A DNA stretch of 64,000 bases. Origin: Batkoa obscura. Lineage: Eukaryota. The stretch is from positions 2,046,001 through 2,110,000 of the forward strand of contig JASVEC010000002.1 in the NCBI GenBank assembly GCA_030770535.1. Reading direction: 5' to 3'. Numbering within the stretch: the stretch's first letter is position 1; every line of letters starts with the position of its first letter. The notes below the pieces were generated by a model. It was not told the origin of the DNA. It did not search any database and saw only the letters and a list, made by a program, of their open reading frames with translations. Positions 12,316 through 25,289 of the stretch are shown here, piece after piece. The position numbers were made by a program, and so were the translations under genes.

Positions 12316-13989
12316 TTATCGATAATTTGGTTCATAACTCTTCAACTCGTTCAAAAGCACCCGATTGATATTAATAATATTTCTAAAAGGGGAATTTTGT
12401 AAAGAATCAAAGTAAACTTGACAAGCATCAATTAAAGCTTGAAACTTAGCCGAATGCAATTTTGGCTTATAATAACGTACCATAAATGTAAAGCATTGAT
12501 TAAACATCGACACTATAATATAATTGGTATATTCAGATTCTATCTTAACTCCATTTTCAAGACATTGGGCACAAAGTTCCATCATATGCTCGATTTGAGC
12601 GTCAGTTGCTGGCCTTATATTGGGCTTCTGTGCTGACTCTGGTAAGAGTGGGTTATAAAATTGGTATGTATTGATAAAAAATAAAAGGAAATATTTCATT
12701 TCATTAATACCATATATTATTAAAGACCCTTTACTTCGCATCTTTTCAGGCAAATTGGCGCAAACTTTCATGATTCGTTGTGTTAAAAAATAAGCGGTAC
12801 TATTTATCCTTCCTGCCATTTGACGTATCCCTAACTCAGTGCTAAACCCCTCTTCATATGACTCAGAGCACTTTAACTTAAGTGACAGTACTTCATTGAT
12901 GACTGGATTAAACATAGAGATCGAATAATTGATGAGTTGAGAAAAGGTATCACTACATTGACCTTTACTTTTATAAAATATCATTCTAGTATGAGTTGGA
13001 GGGTGAATATTTATTGGGATTAATAAAAGGTTTGAAAATGCAATAATATGTAATAAAGCATTATATGCGTTTCTTCTCTCAACGAAAAGTCGGTGACTGA
13101 ATTTTCCAGGATATGGTAAGCCTATGATATGAGATATTCTTAAAGCCATTTTAAATAGTATTGAGGCTCTTCTCTGTACCCACAACACATCAAAAAGCCC
13201 ATAAAAGAGGATTAAAAGTGCCTGAAACGTATCTAAACTGAAAACAATTTTACTTGGCTTTAAACACTCTGATATTTGGTATTCAAAATAGCTATAAAGG
13301 TTATCTCTTAACGGATCGCCTTTAGGTATCCATTGTAATCCAGCTGCTATAATCGTCATCTTTAATAGTTTAGACCTTGGTAACTTTCTAAAACTGTTTT
13401 TAGTAAATAAAGAAAGATGAAGATTGATATGTGTAAAAAATTTCCCAATTGCATTTTGTATAAGGTCATTGATATCTAAAATACTCCCAGCAGGTTGTTC
13501 GCTTGGCTTTGGCTTAACTGCTTTAACTTTTAAAAGCATACCTAATTTTGTGGATAAATACATTAAAAGGTGTAACTCTCTAGTTGGCTTAAATAATGAA
13601 GGATACTGTAAAACAGTCATTAAATTCACTAGAGCAGCTCTTCGAGTAATATTACTAGTAATATCAATGGCGACATTATTACAGTAATTTAAATTATAAT
13701 TGATCATTTCGCTCTGATTAATGATGCTTTTTGCTTTAGATCTAGGTTTACCTTCAGTCCTTAAATCGATGACTGAAATGGAATTATTATACACTTTTGG
13801 ACGATTTCCTTTTTTTATAAATTCTCTTTCATATTTACAAACTTGATTTGGTAGTTCTAAACACTGTTTACATGAGGGTAATTGACGACTACATTTAATA
13901 TGTTTGTCATAACATCGGTCACATCGTTTATGGGATAATTTTTTAGTATCAGTACGATTGTTTTGAAGGATTAAGGGCAATGACACCAT
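12316..13989 (-). CDS. Zn(II)2Cys6 binuclear-cluster transcription factor, intronless, 557 aa
   Basis: CDRCYDKHIKCSRQLPSCKQCLELPNQVCKY; downstream region resembles the fungal TF middle-homology domain (ALRISHIIGL...ERRN). Confidence 0.85.
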   Translation of the reverse strand: MVSLPLILQNNRTDTKKLSHKRCDRCYDKHIKCSRQLPSCKQCLELPNQVCKYEREFIKKGNRPKVYNNSISVIDLRTEGKPRSKAKSIINQSEMINYNLNYCNNVAIDITSNITRRAALVNLMTVLQYPSLFKPTRELHLLMYLSTKLGMLLKVKAVKPKPSEQPAGSILDINDLIQNAIGKFFTHINLHLSLFTKNSFRKLPRSKLLKMTIIAAGLQWIPKGDPLRDNLYSYFEYQISECLKPSKIVFSLDTFQALLILFYGLFDVLWVQRRASILFKMALRISHIIGLPYPGKFSHRLFVERRNAYNALLHIIAFSNLLLIPINIHPPTHTRMIFYKSKGQCSDTFSQLINYSISMFNPVINEVLSLKLKCSESYEEGFSTELGIRQMAGRINSTAYFLTQRIMKVCANLPEKMRSKGSLIIYGINEMKYFLLFFINTYQFYNPLLPESAQKPNIRPATDAQIEHMMELCAQCLENGVKIESEYTNYIIVSMFNQCFTFMVRYYKPKLHSAKFQALIDACQVYFDSLQNSPFRNIININRVLLNELKSYEPNYR

Positions 13990-15320
13990 AAAATAAAAAG
14001 TTAAATTAAACGCTATTTATTTATCAATTTAATGATTCAATTCAATATTGAGCATAACAATAGAGTAAAATTTTTTGGTAAATTTGACTGTTTAACAAAT
14101 GGCCTATTTTTAGATTTGGTCAAAAAGAATAAAAGTAATCGCATATTATTAAAATAATTTTTAAATCTTAAACTTCACCTATGAAAGTAAGCTAAAAAAA
14201 TTGGGGAAATAAGTTGCGTAAGGAAAGGTGGATAGGTTATACCATATTTTTACTAGGTTTTCCCATAAATAACTTGTGCTTTGATTAAAAAATGACAAAA
14301 GTTACTGGTTATAATGTTTAAAAAAACTTTGTGGTAAAAATATTTTATGTTGTAATTCTATACTCTTGCCATTCTTTCCTTATCAAAAAAACAAGTTATT
14401 TAAAAATCCAATATTATATTTTTATATGTAAAGTTATTATTTGGTATATATAATAAATACTCAGATGTCTTATTCTTCTTTATCCTGTATTAAGCTAAAA
14501 TGGTCATTTTGCAAATTTGTAGCTTTGAAAATAGCAATATTTCTGCTTCTCTAACCTTGTTACTCATGAGCTTAAACCTAATAAATATGGTTAAAGCGGC
14601 TATTTTAACATAAGAACTTTTTTACTTAAAGAATATTATCGTAAAATATACAATTTCATATAAAATCAAATTATAATGCGCTATTTTTTGCATTATTCTT
14701 AGCTCCTTAATCATTAATAAAAATAAAATTATATTCTTGAAACGAGAAAGCTTATCGTTGATAATAAATTATTTCAAATATTTGATTTTTTTATCTAAGC
14801 TTCATGATAAGTGTCTGCAAAATTCTAGTTACTAAACCAACATCAAAATTCATGATTTTTAAATGAAGCTGGCTAAGTTTGATAAAAACTGTATTTTTCA
14901 ATAGATAAAATACTTTTGAAATTAAAAAGTGTATAATTTTTCAGTATCAATATAATTAAAATTATCTTTCAAAAATTGACTTCAATCATAGTGTAAGGAC
15001 AATTTCCTTTATTCTGCTAATATAAGAGCTATGAGTCCCAGAGTTAATTCTTTAAATTTAATCTGAGGCCTTGATAATTATACCCCTGCCACATCCCCAG
15101 CATCTTTGGATACGTTATTCTTGAAATACCTTCCGTTTGCATAAGAAAATCTTATAACGAGCTTGTAACGGTTTATAGAAAAATGGTCTATAATCCTTAG
15201 AAAGCATCTATTTAAGCTTTTTTCAAAGAAATCAAAAAAATCAACATTAAGCGTTATACTTTATTAAAATTTTAAATTGTAATGCTTTCGTTATATTTCT
15301 ACTTCTTCTAAACTACATAT

Positions 15321-15418
15321 GGGGATGTTTTTTTTGATTTCATTACTTTTCCATTTTTTAAGCACTATTTAAGTAGAAAGATTGTTAGTAAAATTCTTAA
15401 ACACAAAAATACATCCCC
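15321..15418 (-). mobile_element. ~98-bp MITE, copy 3
   Basis: Reverse orientation, intact termini, ATAT/ATAT flanks. Confidence 0.9.
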
Positions 15419-15734
15419 ATATATTGATCCTTGTAAGTAAATAATAAATTTGCTTAGTTGTAAAATTATATACCCAAAGGCCTTTTCTTTTAGCATTTTA
15501 TATTATATTTCTATATTTTTGGTTAAAAAAAATAGTATGATAAAACCTATATCTACATATTAGCTATCTAGTTAAAATCCGAAAGGAAATTTATTACTAT
15601 ATTAAATTCCAGGCTCCACTTCTATTATAATGTATGCTTTAAAGTGGCTTTGAAATTTGAATATCTATTAGAAGTCTCACTACAGATGAAACATATAAGC
15701 TTGTAAATTCATTAAAGGTATTTGACTTATTCTT

Positions 15735-16100
15735 TTGAGCAGACATCTGCTTAAGTTTACTAATAAAACTGTTAAATACAACCTGATTATTTCATTTTTT
15801 AACCAAGGTACTTACTTTAATAGATATCACAGTTACCAAGATAACCCTGCTAATAGAAATGAATCATTTATAAGGCATTTAGATATAAATGGTATGTATA
15901 TTAGCAATTTAAATTTTTGTCCAAATGTAGTATCGAAATACTATTTGAAGGTAGGGGATAGCAATGACAATGTAAGTAATAATAAAAGCGACAATAATAA
16001 TGATACTACCATTGTTGATAACAGTGGTAGTACTTTATATAATAAGAGTCTTACCAATAGTAATAATAATGAGATAAGATTAATAGCATTTAGATTTTGA
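15735..16100 (+). pseudogene. Possible remnant of an F-box/LRR-like lineage-expanded gene
   Basis: ATG-less 121-codon frame with FIRHLDI...NFCPNVVS; stops upstream and downstream; MITE nearby. Confidence 0.25.
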
Positions 16101-16260
16101 TAACGTCAATGGCAGTATTGAGTTAAAATTCAATGTAACTTGTTTAAAGAAAATAAAAGATACATCACAAATATCATAAACAAATCTTAAGTTTATCTAG
16201 AGATAATTAAACTCAAGTTAAAGTGTTTATCATAGCAGAGTTGGATTAGTTATTATATAT

Positions 16261-16360
16261 GGGGATGTATTTTTGTATTTAAGAATTTTACTAACAATTT
16301 TTCAACGTAAGTAGCGCTTAAAAGATGGGAAAAGTAATGAAGCAAAAAAAAAACATCCCT
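16261..16360 (+). mobile_element. ~98-bp MITE, copy 4
   Basis: GGGGATG...CATCCCT; ATAT/ATAT flanks. Confidence 0.9.
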
Positions 16361-16922
16361 ATATGTTATTATTTGAATTAAAACAATTAATGTGTTAAGA
16401 ATTTATTTCAGTGGAAATTTATACATCAACGAAATAGAGATGATTGAGATGTATTTTGTAAATATATACCAATAGATCCAAGATGAGTTAAGTCGGATAG
16501 CAACATCATTGATATCAATTCAATTTAACTTTCGTTTTAATTTAGAATTAAATGTAGAAATCTCTTTTGTTTTTGATATTCGACACTTTGGAGATATGAA
16601 GTAATTAAATAGTAGAGCATTCTTATATGATTATAATAAAATTGTTAATGTCAATAATTAAGATAAGATAACTTAGGCTATCTTACTATTATTCTTAAAA
16701 AATTCATGATTTTAACTTATATTTTAAACTATCATTTTCAAACTTATATACCTTAAAGAAAGTATGTGTCTATGACCTATCACTAGAATTTTTACGTGTG
16801 TTTTGTTTGCTATCACATTTTTAAAATTTATACTTGTTTTATTATATTTAAACGTTCTATTATTTATTGTTCCCTTTCACTAATCTTGAAGTCACAAAAA
16901 TTGAAATTTTAAATTAACAAAT

Positions 16923-17020
16923 GAGGGTGTTTTTTTGGCTTCATTACTTTTTCCATTTTTTAAGCGCTATTTGGGCGGAAAAATTATTAGTAAAATTCTC
17001 AAACACAAAAATATATACTC
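16923..17020 (-). mobile_element. ~98-bp MITE, copy 5 (eroded termini)
   Basis: Internal sequence matches the family; AAAT/AAAT direct flanks. Confidence 0.85.
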
Positions 17021-18409
17021 AAATGTGAATACAGCTTAAGGTGTTAAAAATAGGAAATTTCAAGTTTTTAGGTTTGAATACAATGTTCAGATATAAAATT
17101 GATATATCATTGCTACTTATTAATCATGGTATTGTTTCATGGGCAAAGCTGTTCTTAATGAAATTGATAAGATCTTCATATTGGATTGAAGTAATAAGTA
17201 ACAGATTATTTATCAATGAATTTAACCTTATAACTTTTTTTTTATTCTGTCAGTTAAGTTATGTTGATTATTAATCTAAATTCAACATTTTCTTAAAACA
17301 TTTCCAAGATAACGCTCTTTATAAAAACAGAGAATTTAACTATTTGATACTGACAGCACTTAAGGGAAAGGTATAAGGCTATTTAAAATAGAGATTCTAG
17401 TGTCAAAGTAGTCCTCTCTAAGGATTTTTTTTGCCTTTTTATATCTGAATAAAGCAAATTGAGGAGAACAATAATTACTGTTCCTTGGAAACCTTCTATT
17501 TCAAGATATATGTTTGGGTAAAGTTAAGGCCAAGTTAAGAATTAATGACAATTTTATGATACTGTTTATCGATAACACAGGTGATTAAACCAATTAGAAA
17601 TGGTGAAGAAAATCCAGAGTATAGGAGAAGGAGATCTTGTAACAAAACAAGGTCATTTGTTTCAAACAATGGTGACCAAACCAGCAAAGATATATAAGGC
17701 TAGGCTTGATTTTAAACTATTTTTAGTATGATTTTTTGGCTAAATTGTTACATTTAATAGAAATAGTATAGGCTTTAAATGACTATTTAACATATAAAGT
17801 TGTCGATTTTTAATAATAATTGGGGTAATAAATGCAAAATTATTGAATCAATAAAGTTGAAAAAACCTTGTCTATTTAGATTCTTTTATTCTACTATATT
17901 TTATACTTATTAGTATTATTAGGCGTTTTAATATTTAAATGAAACTCTATTCATAAAATATAGTATAAGTTTAATTAAAATAACTTTTAAGGTTGTGAAT
18001 ATCAAAAATTAGGCTATTTAATTCATTACATCCTTTCATTAACATATTATTATCAAGAAGCGTACTAATATATTTTTTTGAATTGAGGTTAGCCTAAATT
18101 CCTGCCCTATATAGCTAGTTTCAACCAATCAAATGGGCCTTAAAAAGACATTAAATCAAGTCAATTAGTTGCAGTTCTTTTGGCATGGCTCAAGTTAAAA
18201 TTTGAAGACAAAAATAACTCGACAATATGTTTACAATGCAAAGAAATAATCATATTCAACATCCCTCATTAATAATTCCAAAAACTTCTCAAATTATTAA
18301 AATACAAATTCAAATAATTCAACAAAAATTCTCATAACAAAATTCATAAGGAGCAAACTACCTTTAATAAATGCAGAAAAGAAATATAATAAAGAGGAAG
18401 TAGAATAAT

Positions 18410-21400
18410 TTAAACTGGAGCTAAGAAACCAGTGCCAACCCAGTGTTGAATATACTTAGATAACAAGACATGATCCACAGCAGGACAAGTTTTTATAGAC
18501 TCAGATAATTTAACAGTGTTTTCTGTAAGCATATGGAATGAGTGAGTTTCATTTGTCAAAACTTCTTGGAAAAAGTCAGTTAATGATGCTAATGGGTTAA
18601 CATCGACATCCATATAAGTTGGATTATTCTTCAACTCATTGATAAAATGAGTATTTTCAACTACTGAAAATTTGATCCCACTTTTAGCTAAGGCTTCAAT
18701 CACTTGATCCCAAGGGAATACTTTGGGATTCACAATGTGTGAGATTGTGTTCTTATGACTATTCTTTGGGTTAAAGTAAATCTCTACCATACCATTAGCA
18801 GCGTAATCAACGGGGATCCAAGATACCCCTTCACTGACCTTTTCTGGTATCATTTTCATCACCTGAGACCCTTTTATCATTAAAGGCATGTGTTCTTTAG
18901 TATTCCAAACACCATTAGAGATATCTCCAGAGATTTGGCCTACCCTATAAATATCTAAATCAAAGTCATAATACCCACTCCAATTGAAACATATTTGTTC
19001 GCTTAACAATTTAGATAAGTTATAGCCATTGCATGCGCTTGCCTAAATTAAAGTTTAGTGATTTAGTACATAAAATTCATAAGAACTTACATTTTTTAAC
19101 TTAGTACCAAGTGGCTTTTCATCAATATCAACGGTTTCGATTACTGGGAAAGTAGCACCAACCGTAGAAGTGAAATTAAAAGCCGCTTTTTTAGAACTGA
19201 TAGCGCATAATCTTAATAAATTAACTGTACTTTGGATACAGTCTTTAAAGTCTAGTACTCCCTTTAAAAAGTCCATCTTCCAAGCTACATGATAAACAAC
19301 GTTTACATTTTGTTGAATTTGTTCAAATTGTTCAGTATTTAAACCCAAGTTGACATCTTCATTGTTGTATGGCAATGCTTCAATTTTATCATATTGCTGT
19401 TGTGTCAGCTCAATCTTTTTGTCTCTAAAGCTGTCTTGGATACGCTTAGTACTCTGTTCACTGGTCTTGGCCCTTACCATGGCATATACTTTAGCTACAT
19501 CATCACGTTGTACTAAACTATTTACAATAAATGAACCAAGAGAGCCATTAGCTCCAGTAACTAGAACATATTTGCTATCATTTTGAGCAATAGATCTTTT
19601 GTTGGTAGGTAATGTAGTATCTACTTTATATTCTTCTAATAAATCATCTACTAATTTTTGATAATAAGATAAAGGTTGAACATCACTATTTTTAGTATCT
19701 GACTTATCATCTCTACTGTCTAATAAATAATTCGTTAATTTATTAGCAGTATCATGCTCATATAAATCATTAACTCTAACTTTATAGCCTTTTTTAATCA
19801 ATGTGTTACGGAACTTGACAGCAGATAAAGAGTCTAAGCCATTATCAAAAAACTTATCATCCACATCAATATGTTTGTTAGTTATAGATTGAAAAATTGA
19901 CGGGATTAAATTGATCAAGCTATCACTCTCTTTCAATTCGATACCTTCATCTTGATTAATACCAGCATCTTCACTTTCAAATTGTCTATAAACTTGTTCA
20001 ATTTCCTCTTTAAACACCACTTCACTTTTTTTACGAATCACATTTCCTTTAGCAGTGACCTCAAATCCTTTATCCATTTCAAGAGGTAAAATAGCAACTA
20101 AATCAGTTAATACTCTAGAGTGAGAAGGACAATCCTGGTTGGCTTTCTCAATCTGTTCAAAAATAGAGTTATGGACTTTAAGTAATGGAATCTTTTTAAT
20201 ATTATCATAATTCAATGAAATTAGACAACAGTTATTTAGCTTTCCTCTTCCGTAAACTAAACATTTATCAACGTAAGGACAATCCATAATTGTTTGTTCA
20301 ATGGGAACCGGGTTTGTCTTTTCACCTGTTAAGTGTATAATGGTATCATTACATCTACCAATCACTTCTGCTTTTAATTCATGCTTCTCTTCATTATATT
20401 CAATAATTTTATAAACATCACCAATATTATATACTGTATCATTTGGATCCTTAATGACCCAACTAGATAAAATTGATTCATTTTTATCAATCACAATCTC
20501 ACATGTATTTTCTATCTCATCTCTGTTCACAATACTATAATTAACATGATTATTGAAAATGAGTACATTATAATCTTTAGTAAGTGATTCAATCGAACTA
20601 TAAGCGATACATCCGATTTCAGTGGCACCATAAGAAGATTGAACTTTAATATTATGGTTTACATACTCATCACCCACTTCTTTAGGAATGGGTGCTCCAC
20701 CACTTTGAATTACATTCAATTTACTCAAAACGCTCCAAGCCTTGTTGTCATCATCACAATGCTCTTTCATCTGTTTTAATAAATAAGGGAGCATGATCAA
20801 GTAAGTAGCATTATATGTTTGAATGTCTTCCAATACCATGGTAGGATTTTGATTAGATCTAGGTAACCCGATGCTACTGGTATTAAAAAATGCACGTACA
20901 ATTAAAGATAAGCCATAAATGTGAAAGAAAGGAGCGCATATTAACCCTAAGCCAAAAAAATTGGTAACATCCTGTACTTTACGTTCATTGACGATGATAC
21001 GATTGAAATAAGTGTTGGACAAATAATTTAGTTTAGGAGCAGCAGTGGAGCCAGAAGAATGAATGATTTGGACAATATGATCTTTAACTTGGTCTTCATT
21101 AAGTTTAATTAATGGCTCTACAGATTCATAATTTATAGTAGCATAATCGCTCAACTTGATCAAAGGTAGAATTTTTAATTCTGGGTATTCTTTCAAACAT
21201 TGTTCAGCATCGTGTTTTAAGTGCTCATCATAAAACAAATAATCACACTTTGCTTCTTTTAATAAATGAACTAAGATAGGGACCGAATTACGTGGTGATA
21301 AGGCTAAAGGGGTTAAATTCAATTGCATTAAAGCGAAAAGATTAATAAGGTAATGTTGATCACTATTACTAAGGAATCCAACGGAACAGAATCCTTTATC

Positions 21401-21604
21401 ATTAACATTTACTTTATCAATGACACCTTTGAATTTATTACTAACATGATTTACACAGTTTCGAAAGTTAGAATAACTTAAATTTATTAATTGATCCTCT
21501 TGATAAAATTTTAAAATACAGTTATCTTTAGTTTCTTCACTACTGTTTTGATCTAAAATATCTAACAATCTTATACTTGAAATATCTACAATTTTTCCAC
21601 TCAT
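18410..21604 (-). CDS. NRPS-like A-T-R enzyme (carboxylic acid reductase-like), ~1048 aa; intron 19043-19090
   Basis: A domain HSSGSTAAPK, SYGATE, GRCND...GEKTNP; T domain FFDNGLDSL; R domain VTGANGSLG and GYNLSK (YxxxK restored by splicing), RVGQISG, WIPVD. Confidence 0.9.
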
Positions 21605-23268
21605 TATTAAATTATATATTAAGTTAATTATTTAATTGTACTCTCACTGATTTTTTATCTCTTTTATACTTTTTGATTCAATAGCTATGGTTACTAAAGA
21701 CTAATTATCCTAACCCTATTACTTTATCCTATTTGTAAATCATAACATCATCATAAAATAAGCATTTTAATAGTAAAATGTATATTTCTACTATAACTAT
21801 ATAAATTTCAATTAATTACCTTGTTTTTCCTTTAATTAAACATAAATATGATATTAGCCTAAAAGTATATAGGAGTAAGGGTAAACGTTTTATCTTTTTT
21901 TAAAGTATTTAAACATTTTGATGATTTCAATATTTTTTAACTGTTATCTACTATAGCTGTTTTGCCACCTTATTTTTATTAATATTATTTTAAAAAATAA
22001 AGTAATGCAGTAATAAAATATTGATTTCATAACTCAATTAACTTTGGTTAATAATTACTAAATTAAGCTTGTCAAAGTTTTAAAATTCTGGAAGCAAACA
22101 GGTCTTTCATCAATCTTAATATGGTCTTCTTTTCATTTATCTATGAACTCATTATCCACTAGCAAATGTAAAATTATAAAATTTTGTTTACATATTTTAT
22201 TCATTCATACAAATAATGCAAATTAAATTGGAACTTAAACTTACCGTTTATTTTAACACATTATTTATGACTGATGATTGCGTTTGAAAATATTCAATTT
22301 CTATTTTCATTAAAGTTTTTTTATTCTTAATAAAATAATGACTTAAGTAAATAATTAAATAATAGATTATTTTTAGACTGTAACCTATATTTTATTTTAA
22401 TAAACAATAGTTTGAAGACTAAGTAAACAATTCAAATAGAGTAACAAATGTCTAAGTAAATTAATTAAATTAATGACAATAAACGAGCCTCAACTTTATT
22501 TAGCCTAAAAGATTCAGTTAACATTCTAAAGAAGTTTAGAAAGTGCGAGGCTTTATGAGATTGAGACTATGGAGATTAATAATTAAATAAAAATTTATCA
22601 ATTTTTTTATACTTTATTAAGATTAATTTCCACCAGACCCAAAGATCATTTGTTTAGTTATATAAATAGCTTATTCAACAATATAACGTATCGGATAAAG
22701 ATGAGGGTTATTTGAGGGGTTTTCAATTGTAAATGACATTTACCAATACTTGTATGATGTACATTAGTTATAATATTATAAGAGAATATGTCAATTGATA
22801 GATAAATTCTAGTTTAATAAATAAATGAACGGTGTGGATGTGTTTTAAGAATAAACAATATATTTTATTTTACAAAATAATGACAATAGTAACTTAACCT
22901 CAAATATCATAAACTAATAAATAAAATAAACTATTAGTTTTATTATTTATTAACTCATAAACTATTATTATACATAATATTAATTTTTTTAATTGATAGA
23001 TGATGTATATATAGATAATCTTTTGATTTAATTAAGTAGACTAGTTATTTAGTTATTAGTCTGCATTGTTTAGTCATTATAAACAACTAATCTTATTTAT
23101 TAAAAATAAATATAAAAACACGTATAATAATAATAAATCCTTATCAAATCTAGTTTATTAGTAAGCAATTTATAATAAAATAATTGTTTATTAGAAATTA
23201 AGCATATATAGATAGTAACCCAAATTGGAAGTAATATATGTGATCCTTAATATTTTAAATGATTAAGT

Positions 23269-23368
23269 GAGGTTGTTTTTTTTTGGCTTCATCACTTTTT
23301 TCATCTTTTAAGCGTTATTTGAGCGGGAAAATTGTTAGTAAAATTCTTAAACACAAAAATACATCCCT
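23269..23368 (-). mobile_element. ~98-bp MITE, copy 6
   Basis: Matches the family; flanks AAGT/AAAT. Confidence 0.85.
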
Positions 23369-23699
23369 AAATGTTTATTTCATATGTAGTATTGATATCT
23401 TTATGATAGGTATAGAGTCAATATTAAATGACAAATGAAAAATGAAAAATAACAAATGACAAATAATGGATAAACGCTAAAAAATAGTTCAAAATAAAGA
23501 TAGTTATTAATTAATAGAAATTTACTATTTTTAGTAATTTTTTTAATGTTTTTGTTAATAATCTGATAAACAATAATAAGGTTGATAAAATGTTAAATAA
23601 ACAAATTGATTAAAGCAATACTTTATTCAATATTAAACTACCAGATCATGGCATGAATTTTGAATTATCAACTCATTAACTATCAATAAATTTTCCAAC

Positions 23700-24070
23700 G
23701 TCATAGTTAATTTAACTCAAATCGGATTATGGATTATAATCTAAAATTGTAATAAATCTTCAATTGTTCTTAGATTTAATTGACTTTGATTTTTCTAATA
23801 AAATAAAATTTACTAAATATAGTAAATTTTTAATTCTAATATTTATGATGTAATAATACAACAATAAAAATTAATGAAAATAGCATACAGATCAATCAAC
23901 TAAATTACCTCTCTATAATATTACTAATATTATCGGGTTATGGCTTAAGTCAAACAAATTATTAACTTATCAATTTTAATAAGAAAATTTCCAGTATTAT
24001 AGTTATTTTTTTAATATTGGATTATGGATTGGTATTTAAGTTGTAATATTCTTCAACAGTCCCAGTTTCA
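23700..24070 (-). pseudogene. Possible decayed leucine-rich-repeat gene fragment
   Basis: Three related segments (~23722, ~23932, ~24017) translate on the minus strand to IIHNPI / DLSHNPI / PIHNPI among stops. Confidence 0.25.
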
Positions 24071-24466
24071 ATCAGGTTTTTAAGTTGGACGTATAGGATT
24101 TAAGTTGCTAGTATAAACAAAAAGTGGTTGTGTGTATCTATCCCTTCCTTCGGTCTTTGTTAAAACTCCTTATAGGTAAAATGTTTGTTTGTGTAATGTT
24201 TAAATAGTTTATTTAAAACTTTGAACTCCAATAGAAAAAGTAGAATATTTTTGTTAAATAGTAATAGAATTACAATAAAGTAGAAAAGGATTACAGCGAA
24301 ATCAAATTGAGTCAAAAGCCGGTTTTATTGAAATAAGAAAGAATTAACTCAAAAACCGTAAAGAAAAATGAATAGGGCTGTAGGTAGTAGATTTTGATGA
24401 ATACAACAGTTGAAAATTCAAAGATTCTTTTAAATCGATACTTTTTCTGGCTTCTGATAATCACTT

Positions 24467-25289
24467 TTAATTTATAAGTACCACTCTTTAACTTGAGTAA
24501 AATATCAACAATTATTTTATGCTGAGTAGGATCTAAATAGTTGTAATGACTGGAAAATAGATTCTTTGGTCATTTGGATATCTTTTAGTAGTAGTGGATG
24601 GGTGAAGAAAGTTTTTGACTAAAGGGTACATATATTCAGTATCAATAAAATATTCATAAAATACAAATTTAGTCCCAATAACTCTTATAAGGTAAATCAT
24701 TTCGTCAGCTTTATTAAATCCTTTTAACGGTTCCTTATCATATTATTACATACTGTCCCAATGATTCCACTAGCAATCTGTCATTCTTCATATATTGCTT
24801 TATCACCAATGTTTTTTAAATACTTGTCTTTATCAATTAATATCACTTTATTGTGTTTTTCAATACTATACTTTATAGCAGATATTACAATATCAAAATA
24901 AATCTCAGAATAAATCTCAAAATAATAACCCCTACAGGATCTTAATAAACGCCGAGTGCTCATTAAATTTCAATTGACTCAATAAAAAATTAGCAAAGCT
25001 ATCTGTATTTGATTCTAATTTATCAAATCTCATCTTTTGATTTTATTGAACTAGTTTAAGATAGTCAATCGTTGATTTCCCTTTCTTTGTATAATGGCTA
25101 TTTATTTCCCTTCTTATTTCTTCGTTTTTATACAAAAATAGAATGAAATATCAATGTGTTCTATTTCCATTATCAAACTATTTATTTCTTCTCTTAAATC
25201 ATATTAAATTCTCAACGTCTTATCTACGAAATTCACTTGTGGATTATGGAATTTAAATCCCATCCTTTAATACTATCCTCACTGTTCAT
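24467..25289 (-). pseudogene. Pseudogene of a fungal lineage-expanded protein family, possibly PD-(D/E)xK nuclease-like
   Basis: Broken frames give ESNTDSFANFLLSQLKF, VILIDKDKYLKNI...EE*QIASGIIGTVCNN, MIYLIRVIGTKFVFY, KRYP, YNYLDPTQHKIIVDILLKLR*, with several stops and frameshifts. Confidence 0.5.

Noticed and set aside
15010..15210. GC-richer patch reading RCWGCGRG on the minus strand, like a retroelement zinc knuckle
   Set aside because: No His/Cys to complete the knuckle, stops on both sides, no RT or integrase remnants recognised
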